Source of the DNA: Eledone cirrhosa
Taxonomy: Eukaryota
Length of the DNA: 64,000 nt
Assembly (NCBI GenBank): GCA_964016885.1
Contig: OZ024764.1
Coordinates: 27,776,001 to 27,840,000, forward strand
Reading direction: 5' to 3'
Shown: piece by piece, positions 25,473 to 38,688 of the stretch
How the letters are laid out: every line of letters begins with the position of its first letter
Numbering within the stretch: position 1 is the stretch's first letter
Position numbers and translations under genes: made by a program
Notes under the pieces: generated by a model
What the model was told of the DNA's origin: nothing
The model's database searches: none
Seen by the model: the letters and a program-made list of their open reading frames with translations, nothing else

Positions 25473-26043
25473 AAATTAATCCTAGCAAACCCCCACCACT
25501 CCTACAACTGTTAGCTGTTAGCCCACCCCAGCACCACCCAACCTCCGTTCTAGTCCCACCGTTAGAACCAATGCTGCTTACCCTGCCTCTTTTACTAGTT
25601 CACTCCGTCGCTCGAATTTCAAAGCTGGCCCTCTACACTTGGTCGTTGCCAGCTCACCACCTGGTTGTGCTCTCTGTGTCCGCACTAGCCGGTACCTAAA
25701 CACAATAAAATGTCACCTGTGCTACCAAAACTACCACAGGAACTCTGTCGGCATCAGCAAGGCTCAAGCCGAAAGGCTTCAATACTAGACCTGTAATCAG
25801 GGCCACTTTACCTCCGACGACCAGCTTTCTACCGAATGTGTGTTGATGGAGGGGACATGAGACCAGCAAAGTCCTAGGAGTAGAGACTAGTAAATAATAA
25901 ACGGTCCTAGCTATGTTAAGAATATATATAAGAAAAATGTTCTATACATTTAAGAAGACAAGAGAAATAAATATTTACCTCTTTCATGTAGGTAATATAG
26001 CGGTGTTATAAAAGTATAATAACTGATGCAGGTAGTTTGTTTC

Positions 26044-26520
26044 AAACTATAACACATATAACTCTATCAGTGAAGCCCTTTAGTATAGGTCAACTAGGAA
26101 ACTATAACACATATAACCCTATCAGTGAAGTCCTTTAGTATAGGTCAACTGGGAAACGATAACACATATAACCCTATCAGTGAAGTCCTTTAGTATAGGT
26201 CAACTGGGAAACTATAACACATATAACCCTATCAGTGAAGTCCTTTAGTATAGGTCAACTGGGAAACTATAACACATATAACCCTATCAGTGAAGCCCTC
26301 TGGGAAACTATAACACATATAACTCTATCAGTGAAGCCCTTTAGTATAGGTCAACTGGGAAACTATAACACATATAACCCTATCAGTGAAGTCCTTTAGT
26401 ATAGGTCAACTGGGAAACTATAACACATATAACCCTATCAGTGAAGTCCTTTAGTATAGGTCAACTGGGAAATTATAACACATATAACCCTATCAGTGAA
26501 GTCCTTTAGTATAGGTCAAC
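26044..26520. repeat. 55-bp minisatellite, 9 units including one truncated (copies 32963-33440, and 50981-51347 with 7 units)
   Basis: Unit GGGAAACTATAACACATATAACCCTATCAGTGAAGTCCTTTAGTATAGGTCAACT. Confidence 0.95.
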
Positions 26521-26535
26521 TAACAGAAGTATTAA

Positions 26536-26580
26536 GGTGGGCTCGATTGTGGCCCGCGGGCCGCCTGTTGCACGCCCCTC
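26536..26580 (-). mobile_element. hAT-like MITE terminus (longer version at ~51400-51470)
   Basis: TGTGGCCCGCGGGCCGCCTGTTGCACGCCCCT resembles hAT MITE ends carrying the GGCCCGCGGGCC subterminal palindrome. Confidence 0.55.
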
Positions 26581-26604
26581 CTTTAGACAGAATATCTATC
26601 ACAG

Positions 26605-26810
26605 TTAAGTAATACTGTGATCTGTCGGCCAACTACATTTTCCAGCCTGAGGCGTTTGGGGGAGTCGGGATACTGACTGCGAGATTCCTATCTTCACTGG
26701 CGGCTAGCCTGACGAAGGTGACTGGTGAAGCTCGTGAGGGCACTTGGTTGTTCCAGCTCCTCAGCCTCGCCATCGCCCGAGGTAACGCTGCAGACGTGCT
26801 GGCTTGCCTA
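26605..26810 (+). pseudogene. CRE-like retrotransposon 3' fragment, family c (copies ~33524, 51490)
   Basis: Manual translation: EAFGGVGILTARFLSSLAASLTKVTGEAREGTWLFQLLSLAIARGNAADVLAC. Confidence 0.75.
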
Positions 26811-26904
26811 AAAAATCATTAGAGAGGTTTCCCAGTGCTCCTCGCGATACTGTTATCTTTTGCTCTAGTAGCAGCTCGTTTGTCCACCCCTTTCGCCTGC
26901 CTTT

Positions 26905-27088
26905 GGTTGTATGTCGTCCTAGATGTGTGTATTACCTGCTTGTGTGTTGTATGTGGTCCTAGATGTGTGTATTACCTGCTTATGTGGTCCTAGATGTATG
27001 TATTACCTGCTGGTGTGTTGTATGTGGTCCCAGATGTGTGCATTACCTGTTTTTGTGTTGTATGTGGTCCCAAATGTGTGTGCTACCC
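26905..27088. repeat. ~40-bp minisatellite, 4-5 units (copies ~33825, 51794)
   Basis: Unit TGTTGTATGTGGTCCTAGATGTGTGTATTACCTGCTTGTG. Confidence 0.9.
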
Positions 27089-28997
27089 GCTTCTGTGATT
27101 TGTTTTGTTCCTTCTTTCTCTCTTCCGAGAAACAATCCTGTATTTTTTTAATCTATTCCATGCGTTAAGTAATTAGCAGCAACAACAAACTGATTTTCAG
27201 TTGTAAAAAGAATCTTTAAACCTTCACCATTTACATTAACACATACCATACGTTGTCCCAGCCACAAATAAACAGTAAAAAAAACTTACTTTGCGGTTAA
27301 ATTCTTCACAATTAAAAGAAAAATATTTCTAACACGTTTCTAGACAACACCAAGTTTACACCTTCAATATCCGGTAAAAGTAAAAACAAATTCTGGAGAC
27401 ATTTAACGAAACGAAACTATGTAAAGAAAAACGAAAATTAAACGAAGACAAATAGTAAATTTTAATTTTTATTAAATAAAATACCAGTAATTCACTGCAG
27501 TAGATTTAATCAACTTTACTCTCTCTGCACGAAAGAAGAAAAAAATTCCTGACTTAGTGCTTAATATATAGAGAGGGGGAGAGTTTGGTGTTACTTCATA
27601 TAGAGAGGGGTATTGGAAGAGAGTGCCGTGTAGTAGATATAGAGAGGGAGAGAGTGTGTGCTAATTGATATAAAGAGGGGGATTTGCACCCCCCCTCCCC
27701 CCCGCCGCCTAGAAAAATTCTGAAATGCTTCGACCTCCCTGTACATATATATATATATATAGTATACACACACAGACATATATATGTATATATTATATAT
27801 ATAGTAAATAAATGTGTGTGTGTATCAGTGGTCGCCAAACTTTTCTGTTCCACACCCCTCCTCTAAAATATGTTTATGTTCCCCTTTAATATAAAAACAA
27901 TCCGAGTATTCTGAAAGTATTATTACTGTAATATAAAGTAGAAACCCTTTATTTAAACAAAGCTACGATGCAGCGATGATCAAAACAAACTTCTCGTAGG
28001 TGCTGCCAAGCGGGGAAAAGTGGATGTATAATGATGATGATATATATATATATGCCCCACCCTTGCAAACAGGGAAAAGCAGACGTAAAATGAAAATGAT
28101 GATATATATATAGATAGATAGATATGTATTTATACTTATACGTCATGGTGGCTACAGATGCCAAGAGGAAGAAGCCGGTCAAATCCTCTGATATTTGTTT
28201 ATCTTCCTTTCCTTTGTATATATATATATAGTATGTGTGTATGAAGATGTATGACCCCCTAGCAAGCCAAACTACAGTTACTCCCCAACATGGAGAGCAA
28301 ATTAAAACATTACCTGTTAGAGAGGAACGTGAAATGAATTGTTAGTGAACTACCGGTGTAACAGTAATTATGTTACCGGTGTAACTATTTCTGTTTACCT
28401 TATTTTTAAATGACATTCCTATATTAGTTTAGTGACCTTTCAATTCAAATAAATTCTTGATGATGATTGAACTCGCATCGGAGTAGCCCAACGCCTTGGC
28501 CTCCGCGTGTGTGAGCCACATAAATGCTCTCAACGACATAGTGAGAAGAAGCCTGGACGCAGCTGAATTTCCATCTCAACTGGAGCCAGCAGGCCTAGGC
28601 CGCGGAGATGGCAAGCACCCCGAGGGAATCACCCTCTTCCCATTCGAAGGAGGTAGATCCACAAACCCCAGCATCGCTGCCCGTCTCGCAGATGAACATA
28701 AAATAAACAAATTCCGGTGTTTGTCCTGGAGCCTCTTCTAAGCACCAGCCGCCGTCGAGACCCCGGGCCAACTTGGACCCATTACAGCCGAGCTCCTCCG
28801 CAACATCGCAGTGTCTGTGGCCCGTCTGAGGATGGAGTCCCACGAGGTTGGATGCCTGTTGCAGCAGGTGTCACTGTCCTTACATATATATACGTAAATG
28901 TTCCCTTGACTGCTATTTCTAGCATATATTAATAGACACTTTAGAAACAGCAGCTAAAAATCAAGAAACAACAGTGTGTGTCTGTATATATATACAC

Positions 28998-29055
<58 letters not shown>

Positions 29056-29139
29056 CAGCCAAAGACACGCACACACGCACATACACATACACACAGGTGT
29101 ATGTCTGCGTGTATGTATATATATGTGTGTGTCTTTTCG

Positions 29140-29185
<46 letters not shown>

Positions 29186-29900
29186 CAGTGATCCCCCTCG
29201 CAACCTTTAATTAAACAAACCTGCGATGAGGCGATGATCAAAATAAACACCAAAGTGTAAACAAACAGCCCATAGGTGCTGCCGGATACACGATAACATG
29301 TGTAGACGAAGTAAAACTTTTATTACTGTAATATAAAGTAGAAACCCTTTATTTAAACAAAGCTGCGTGGCAGCGATGATCAAAACAAACTTCAAAGTGT
29401 AAACAAACCTCTCGTAGGTGCGGCCAGATACACGCTAACATGTGTATACGAAGTGTAACAGGGAGTTGGGTCGTATTATATGACTTTCAAATTGACCCCT
29501 ATTATATTCAAATTATCCCCTGTGGGGCGTGCACCCCACGTTGAGAATCCCTCATAAATAAATATATGTGAGTGTGTTGCTATGACTGCTATTTCTAGCA
29601 GGTTTACTGCAGTCCTGTAGACGCACAACAAAAACCGGAAGTGGCAGCCATTAAAAAACTTTGGCTTAAAATCAGGCAAAAGTTTTTTAACAATTTGCCA
29701 AGAAAGATAACTCTTGTCTGACTTAATCGCAAAAATCGAGGCAAAAACTTTGCGGCTGTGCAGTTTGTTTGGTGTATTTGACTGCTATTTCTAGCATGTA
29801 TGGACGTATGTACGGTATAGGTGTATTTATATTTAGGATAGTTATCAAAGGTAAATAGACTGGTTGGAGTAATAACAGTCTTGTTTATGTATATACACAC

Positions 29901-29932
<32 letters not shown>

Positions 29933-30036
29933 GTTTGTTCTTGTATTTCTATAGAAAAGGTAAAGAAAAGAAGAATGCTCTATGTATTGTACAGAGCTAT
30001 TTAATTACATAATAAACAACAGAATATAATTATTCC

Positions 30037-32391
30037 ATGCAAATAGACTTAGAATGGAAAACATTCAGACAGAGAAGAATGGATAATGAGCGTCATAAGA
30101 GAAATTGGCCAACAATTAATATTAATGGAAATCTAGAAGAATTTCATATTAGTGATATGAATGTTTCGTGTGATCACTGTGAAGCTTTGAAATTTAGAAA
30201 TGAAAATTGTAACTGTTGTAATAAAGGAAAGGTTGTGTTGCCTCCATTGCAAATATACCCCGAGAGACTGAGAAATCTCTTTGAAAGAGGCCAGGAAGCA
30301 GTTGATTTCACAGAAACATCTGCAATTAAAACTACATTTATTTCACTTCATTTGGTGTTACCACCCGGCAGAGGCCCGTATAGCTTTCATATTCAGGGTC
30401 AAACATATCACTACACCCCCACCTCTGTAACCTGCAGAAAATACACCACAATATGGCCAGTTATATATTATTGATGGGAACGAAGGTGTGTAGCACAGAT
30501 TGGAAGTACGACCAAATAATTGTTTCTGGCACAAGGCCAGCAATTACTGGTACTTTATTCTATCGACCTCATAAGGATGAAAACAAAGTCAACCTTGGAG
30601 GGATTTGAACCCAGAACGTAAAGGGCCATAACCCTATGCTGCAAAGCATGGTGTCTGACGCTCTACCGATACTGCCAATCCACCGCCCTAGTACCAACAA
30701 ATAATGACTGCTCACCACAAAAAATGGCTATGATAAGAGAGGTGTTGCATGAATGTTATCCATATGTCGAAGTGTACAATACAATGCATGGCATCAAACA
30801 GCAAAGTGCAAGAAGAGAAAATTGTCGTGTACAGAACTGTGAATTAAGATTTAGAAGAGGATCAGATATGAGCTGCTATAATTTACCAACTAGTAATGAT
30901 AGCTGTTGTTTTGTGGGGTTTGAGGGCAGACCACCTGTACAAAGAGATATTATCATCTTTCCTAAAGACCATCCTCCTCAGAAAATATCACATAATTCAT
31001 GCCACTTGGACCTCATGACTGACCCATAATGGTGAATTTTGGTGGCATAGTGACATGGAGAGGAATGCAGGACCTGTGTTTGCAATAGACTGACAATGCA
31101 GGAGTATTACATATACAGTATAGCATATAGAGGAGGATTTAGTGTGATATATAGGGCAGGTAAATTATTTTAGCAGTATTTAGTGGATGCCTATATGAAA
31201 GTAGAGGGATGCAGGCTTCTATATTTGAGGAACAATCAAGCCCAATTGTGAGTGGATGAGTATAATGGTTTAATGAATTATCTAAACAGATGATAACACT
31301 GAGCCTTAAAAAATGAAGACAAGATAAGAAACAGAGAAGACATTGACAGAATCGTGTCAGCAGAAATACCTGCATTGGAAGATGATCCAGTACTACATGA
31401 GCAGGTTTAAAAGTTTATGATCCACAGGCCATGTGGTTCTGGAAACCCTTTTCCCCCATTTATACAAAATGGATTTTTCCAAAAGAACTATCCAAAAACC
31501 TACAGAAGGGAAACATTATTGAACCTAAATGGATACCCAGAGTACAGGAGGTGCAAGACAGGAACTGCAGTGTAAATTGGATGACATTCAGTAGATAACA
31601 GGAATGTTGTGCCATTTAATGCCTTTTTGATTAAGAAATATTGTGCACATATTAATGTTGAAGTTTGCGCTTCTGTAAAAAGTGTCAAGTACCTCTTTAA
31701 ATATGTTACATGGGGCATGATTGTACATCTATAGAAGTAACGAATAATGCATTACCTAATGAGGCTCAGAACCAACACAACCATGATGAAATAAGAACCT
31801 ATCTTTGTTGCAGGTATGTGTCTCAGCCAGAAGCAGTGTCGTGTCTCTCGGAATTTAAGCTTCATGGTACATCACATACAGTATACAGCCTAGTCACACA
31901 CCTGGAGAACAAACAGAGTTTACTTTCAAAGAGGCAATGCTCAGGTTGCGGTAGAAATGCAGGGACCCTTGCTGCCTGGTTCAAGCTAAATGAACTTGCT
32001 TACACCTTCTGGGATGCCGCCTCACAAACTCCAATTATAAGCAGGATCAATAATAATGCTTCTATGGAATATTTCAATCCAGAACAGATTATGTAATGGC
32101 ACAAGATTAGAAGTAGTAGAACTGCATAAACATTTTATCAAAGCTTCTCATATCTATGGTCCTTTGATGGGCAGGTGTGTTTTGATCCCAAGACTGAAGT
32201 TATCCCCCAGTGGTGCCAACATCCCTTTTACTTTGGAAAGACCCCAGTTTCCATTAAGACTGTCATATGCCATGACAATCAACAAGAACCATGGTCAAAT
32301 ACATGATAAAGTGGGTCTGTTCCTCCCTGAGCAAGTATTTAACCCTGGACAATTGTATGTTGCTTTTTCAAGAGTTCACAGACAGATGTAA
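30037..32391 (+). pseudogene. Degenerate Helitron RepHel, copy H3
   Basis: Nearly identical to H2. Confidence 0.92.
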
Positions 32392-35300
32392 AAATTAATC
32401 CTAGCAAACCCCCACCACTCCTACAACTGTTAGCTGTTAGCCCACCCCAGCACCACCCAACCTCCGTTCTAGTCCCACCGTTAGAACCAATGCTGCTTAC
32501 CCTGCCTCTTTTACTAGTTCACTCCGTCGCTCGAATTTCAAAGCTGGCCCTCTACACTTGGTCGTTGCCAGCTCACCACCTGGTTGTGCTCTCTGTGTCC
32601 GCACTAGCCGGTACCTAAACACAATAAAATGTCACCTGTGCTACCAAAACTACCACAGGAACTCTGTCGGCATCAGCAAGGCTCAAGCCGAAAGGCTTCA
32701 ATACTAGACCTGTAATCAGGGCCACTTTACCTCCGACGACCAGCTTTCTACCGAGTGTGTGTTGATGGAGGGGACATGAGACCAGCAAAGTCCTAGGAGT
32801 AGAGACTAGTAAATAATAAACGGTCCTAGCTATGTTAAGAATATATATAAGAAAAATGTTCTATACATTTAAGAAGACAAGAGAAATAAATATTTACCTC
32901 TTTCATGTAGGTAATATAGCGGTGTTATAAAAGTATAATAACTGATGCAGGTAGTTTGTTTCAAACTATAACACATATAACTCTATCAGTGAAGCCCTTT
33001 AGTATAGGTCAACTAGGAAACTATAACACATATAACCCTATCAGTGAAGTCCTTTAGTATAGGTCAACTGGGAAACGATAACACATATAACCCTATCAGT
33101 GAAGTCCTTTAGTATAGGTCAACTGGGAAACTATAACACATATAACCCTATCAGTGAAGTCCTTTAGTATAGGTCAACTGGGAAACTATAACACATATAA
33201 CCCTATCAGTGAAGCCCTCTGGGAAACTATAACACATATAACTCTATCAGTGAAGCCCTTTAGTATAGGTCAACTGGGAAACTATAACACATATAACCCT
33301 ATCAGTGAAGTCCTTTAGTATAGGTCAACTGGGAAACTATAACACATATAACCCTATCAGTGAAGTCCTTTAGTATAGGTCAACTGGGAAATTATAACAC
33401 ATATAACCCTATCAGTGAAGTCCTTTAGTATAGGTCAACTAACAGAAGTATTAAGGTGGGCTCGATTGTGGCCCGCGGGCCGCCTGTTGCACGCCCCTCC
33501 TTTAGACAGAATATCTATCACAGTTAAGTAATACTGTGATCTGTCGGCCAACTACATTTTCCAGCCTGAGGCGTTTGGGGGAGTCGGGATACTGACTGCG
33601 AGATTCCTATCTTCACTGGCGGCTAGCCTGACGAAGGTGACTGGTGAAGCTCGTGAGGGCACTTGGTTGTTCCAGCTCCTCAGCCTCGCCATCACCCGAG
33701 GTAACGCTGCAGACGTGCTGGCTTGCCTAAAAAATCATTAGAGAGGTTTCCCAGTGCTCCTCGCGATACTGTTATCTTTTGCTCTAGTAGCAGCTCGTTT
33801 GTCCACCCCTTTCGCCTGCCTTTGGTTGTATGTCGTCCTAGATGTGTGTATTACCTGCTTGTGTGTTGTATGTGGTCCTAGATGTGTGTATTACCTGCTT
33901 ATGTGGTCCTAGATGTATGTATTACCTGCTGGTGTGTTGTATGTGGTCCCAGATGTGTGCATTACCTGTTTTTGTGTTGTATGTGGTCCCAAATGTGTGT
34001 GCTACCCGCTTCTGTGATTTGTTTTGTTCCTTCTTTCTCTCTTCCGAGAAACAATCCTGTATTTTTTTAATCTATTCCATGCGTTAAGTAATTAGCAGCA
34101 ACAACAAACTGATTTTCAGTTGTAAAAAGAATCTTTAAACCTTCACCATTTACATTAACACATACCATACGTTGTCCCAGCCACAAATAAACAGTAAAAA
34201 AAACTTACTTTGCGGTTAAATTCTTCACAATTAAAAGAAAAATATTTCTAACACGTTTCTAGACAACACCAAGTTTACACCTTCAATATCCGGTAAAAGT
34301 AAAAACAAATTCTGGAGACATTTAACGAAACGAAACTATGTAAAGAAAAACGAAAATTAAACGAAGACAAGTAGTAAATTTTAATTTTTATTAAATAAAA
34401 TACCAGTAATTCACTGCAGTAGATTTAATCAACTTTACTCTCTCTGCACGAAAGAAGAAAAAAATTCCTGACTTAGTGCTTAATATATAGAGAGGGGGAG
34501 AGTTTGGTGTTACTTCATATAGAGAGGGGTATTGTAAGAGAGTGCCGTGTAGTAGATATAGAGAGGGAGAGAGTGTGTGCTAATTGATATAAAGAGGGGG
34601 ATTTGCACACCCCCCCCCCCCCCCCGCCGCCTAGAAAGATTCTGAAATGCTTCGACCTCCCTGTACATATATATATATATATAGTATACACACACAGACA
34701 TATATATGTATATATTATATATATAGTAAATAAATGTGTGTGTGTATCAGTGGTCGCCAAACTTTTCTGTTCCACACCCCTCCTCTAAAATATGTTTATG
34801 TTCCCCTTTAATATAAAAACAATCCGAGTATTCTGAAAGTATTATTACTGTAATATAAAGTAGAAACCCTTTATTTAAACAAAGCTACGATGCAGCGATG
34901 ATCAAAACAAACTTCTCGTAGGTGCTGCCAAGCGGGGAAAAGTGGATGTATAATGATGATGATATATATATATATGCCCCACCCTTGCAAACAGGGAAAA
35001 GCAGACGTAAAATGAAAATGATGATATATATATAGATAGATAGATATGTATTTATACTTATACGTCATGGTGGCTACAGGTGCCAAGAGGAAGAAGCCGG
35101 TCAAATCCTCTGATATTTGTTTATCTTCCTTTCCTTTGTATATATATATATAGTATGTGTGTATGAAGATGTATGACCCCCTAGCAAGCCAAACTACAGT
35201 TACTCCCCAACATGGAGAGCAAATTAAAACATTACCTGTTAGAGAGGAACGTGAAATGAATTGTTAGTGAACTACCGGTGTAACAGTAATTATGTTACCG

Positions 35301-35919
35301 GTGTAACTATTTCTGTTTACCTTATTTTTAAATGACACTCCTATATTAGTTTAGTGACCTTTCAATTCAAATAAATTCTTGATGATGATTGAACTCGCAT
35401 CGGAGTAGCCCAACGCCTTGGCCTCCGCGTGTGTGAGCCACATAAATGCTCTCAACGACATAGTGAGAAGAAGCCTGGACGCAGCTGAATTTCCATCTCA
35501 ACTGGAGCCAGCAGGCCTAGGCCGCGGAGATGGCAAGCACCGCGAGGGAATCACCCTCTTCCCATTCGAAGGAGGTAGATCCACAAACCCCAGCATCGCT
35601 GCCCGTCTCGCAGATGAACATAAAATAAACAAATTCCGGTGTTTGTCCTGGAGCCTCTTCTAAGCACCAGCCGCCGTCGAGACCCCGGGCCAACTTGGAC
35701 CCATTACAGCCGAGCTCCTCCGCAACATCGCAGTGTCTGTGGCCCGTCTGAGGATGGAGTCCCACGAGGTTGGATGCCTGTTGCAGCAGGTGTCACTGTC
35801 CTTACATATATATACGTAAATGTTCCCTTGACTGCTATTTCTAGCATATATTAATAGACACTTTAGAAACAGCAGCTAAAAATCAAGAAACAACAGTGTG
35901 TGTCTGTATATATATACAC

Positions 35920-35998
<79 letters not shown>

Positions 35999-36082
35999 AG
36001 CCAAAGACACGCACACACGAACATACACATACACACAGGTGTATGTCTGCGTGTATGTATATATATGTGTGTGTCTTTTCGT

Positions 36083-36145
<63 letters not shown>

Positions 36146-36282
36146 GTCAGTGATCCCCCTCGCAACCTTTAATTAAACAAACCTGCGATGAGGCGATGAT
36201 CAAAATAAACACCAAAGTATAAACAAACAGCCCATAGGTGCTGCCGGATACACGATAACATGTGTAGACGAAGTAAAACTTT

Positions 36283-36762
36283 TATTACTGTAATATAAAG
36301 TAGAAACCCTATATTTAAACAAAGCTGCGATGCAGCGATGATCAAAACAAACTTCAAATAACATGTGTATACGAAGTGTATCTGGAAGCTTGGTCGTATT
36401 ATATGACTTTCAAATTGACCCCTATTATATTCAAATTATCCCCTGTGGGGCGTGCACCCCACGTTGAGAATCCCTCATAAATAAAAATATGTGAGTGTGT
36501 TGCTATGACTGCTATTTCTAGCAGGTTTACTGCAGTCCTGTAGACGCACAACAAAAACCGGAAGTGGCAGCCATTAAAAAACTTTGGCTTAAAATCAGCC
36601 AAAAGATTTTCAATAATAGTAAAATTTTATTTTTGACAAGGACGATAACTTTTGTCTTACTTAATCGCAAAAATCGAGGCAAAAATTTTGCGGGTGTGCA
36701 GTTTACACGCTAAAATAAACCTGCTAGAAATAGCAGTTATAGCAACTCACATATATTTATAT

Positions 36763-36796
<34 letters not shown>

Positions 36797-37207
36797 CCAA
36801 ACACACACCCTTATATATGTACGTGTGTGTGTGTTGACCGCTATATATATATATAGCAGCCAAACACATACACAGACACACATATATATATATATACATG
36901 TGTGTGTATATGTGTGTGTCCTCCTCTCGTCTATGGCTGTTATTTTTACATTGTCCTTTTTGTTATTTTTCTCGGGATTTGCCCGGATTCGAACATGCGA
37001 CCACCTATTTACAATATAGAATCTTTACAGCTTTACTGACTTTTAAGTAATCCAAGTTGTAACCCCGGATTTAGTAGTGTTTAATTTATTTTGAAGTATT
37101 TTATTATTGGCCTTAGTTAGACGATCGTCCAAGACCATGCTGGGGCATATATATATATATGTATATATATGTGTGTGTGTGTGTGTATGCTGGGGCATAT
37201 ATATATA

Positions 37208-37265
<58 letters not shown>

Positions 37266-37910
37266 CTAGGGCATATATATATATGTGTGTGTGTGTATAT
37301 ATATATATATGTGTGTGTGTCCTTTCTGTTATTCGCTGCTATTTCTAAAGTGTCAATATATATATCATATATATATATATATGATATATAAATATATGTA
37401 AGTGAGTTGCTATGACTGCTATTTCTAGCAGGTTTATTTTTAGCGTGTAAACTGCACACCCTCAAAATTTTTGCCTCGATTTTTGCGATTAAGTAAGACA
37501 AAAGTTATCGTCCTTGTCAAAAATAAAATTTTACTATTATTGAAAATCTTTTGGCTGATTTTAAGCCAAAGTTTTTTAATGGCTGCCACTTCCGGTTTTT
37601 GTTGTGCGTCTACAGGACTGCAGTAAACCTGCTAGAAATAGCAGTCATAGCAACACACTCACATATATTTATTTATGAGGGATTCTCAACGTGGGGTGCA
37701 CGCCCCACAGCGGATAATTTGAATATAATAGGGGTCAATTTGAAAGTCATATAATACGACCCAACTCCCTGTTACACTTCGTATACACATGTTATCGTGT
37801 ATCTGGCAGCACCTGCGAGAAGTTTGTTTACATTTTGGGGTTTGCTTTGATGATCGCTGCATCGCAGCTTTGTTTAAATAAAGGGTTTCTACTTTATATT
37901 ACAGTAATAA
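36283..37910. repeat. Long inverted repeat, arms ~0.5 kb around a ~0.6-kb spacer (second copy ~54194-55820)
   Basis: The same ORFs appear on opposite strands: 36399..36602(-) vs 37551..37754(+), and 36652(+) vs 37501(-). Confidence 0.9.
37137..37320. repeat. Three-unit compound repeat TGCTGGGGCA-(TA)n-(TG)n (copy ~55048-55230)
   Basis: Direct reading. Confidence 0.85.
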
Positions 37911-38580
37911 CACTTTTACAAGACTCGGATTGTTTTTATATTAAAGGGGACATGTTTTTTAAACTCTGAACTCAGCATCTTTCTGTTGTTCTCCGGGATT
38001 CTAGCAAAGTATAAAAATATATATATATATATAGCTGGCAGTCAACCTCAGACTCGAAAAAGCCGCCGCTAATCGTGATCGTTGGGGTTATAATTAGACT
38101 AAAAGTGCTTCCACTGGGCACCATTAGCTGATTGTGATCATTGGAGAATTCTTTCTGCGCTGAAAGAGCCTAGGACTAAAAGATATATATATAGATGTCG
38201 AAACGGCAGTAGCACAGCCGTTGGGGTCCTGAATATTTTCACATCTATATATGTGTGTGTATTCTGCGACATTTATAATTACATAAGCAAGCATATTTGA
38301 ATAACAAAATTTGAGGTTTAAATACTTTATTTTTTACCAATAACATAGAGAAAGGCATGAACAACACCACATGTTAATTACTTTAATATTGAAAGTAGGG
38401 TTATAAAGATTAAAAAAGCAGATTTTTTAATCTTTCATGGTGGTCTGGTGGGTGATACCAGAGATGGTGGTAGTCCTGGTTTCGGTTTCAATCCCGGTCA
38501 TGGGTTACATATAAGGTCTCATTTTTTTTTTTCTTTCTTTCAGTTTTCTTCTTATCTCTAGATATAAATATATATACATA

Positions 38581-38688
38581 AGGTAATTTGGTAGAATTGT
38601 TAGAACATCAGATAGAATTCTTTGCAGTATTTTTCCAGTTCTTTACTCTGAGTTCAACTTTACCTTTCTTCCATTCGGTGTCGATAAG
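38581..38688 (+). mobile_element. Decayed Octopus-type SINE (copies ~41267, 43953, 56487, 58990)
   Basis: TTGGTAGAATTGTTAGAACATCAGA...CTGAGTTCAACTTTACCTTTC..TTCGGTGTCGATAA. Confidence 0.7.

Larger units (their letters stand above)
21290..36350 (+). repeat. Near-identical tandem segmental duplication, period ~6.92 kb, about 2.2 copies
   Basis: Identical ORFs recur at 21577/28496/35418, 23118/30037 and 25137/32056 (offsets 6919-6922). Confidence 0.97.
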
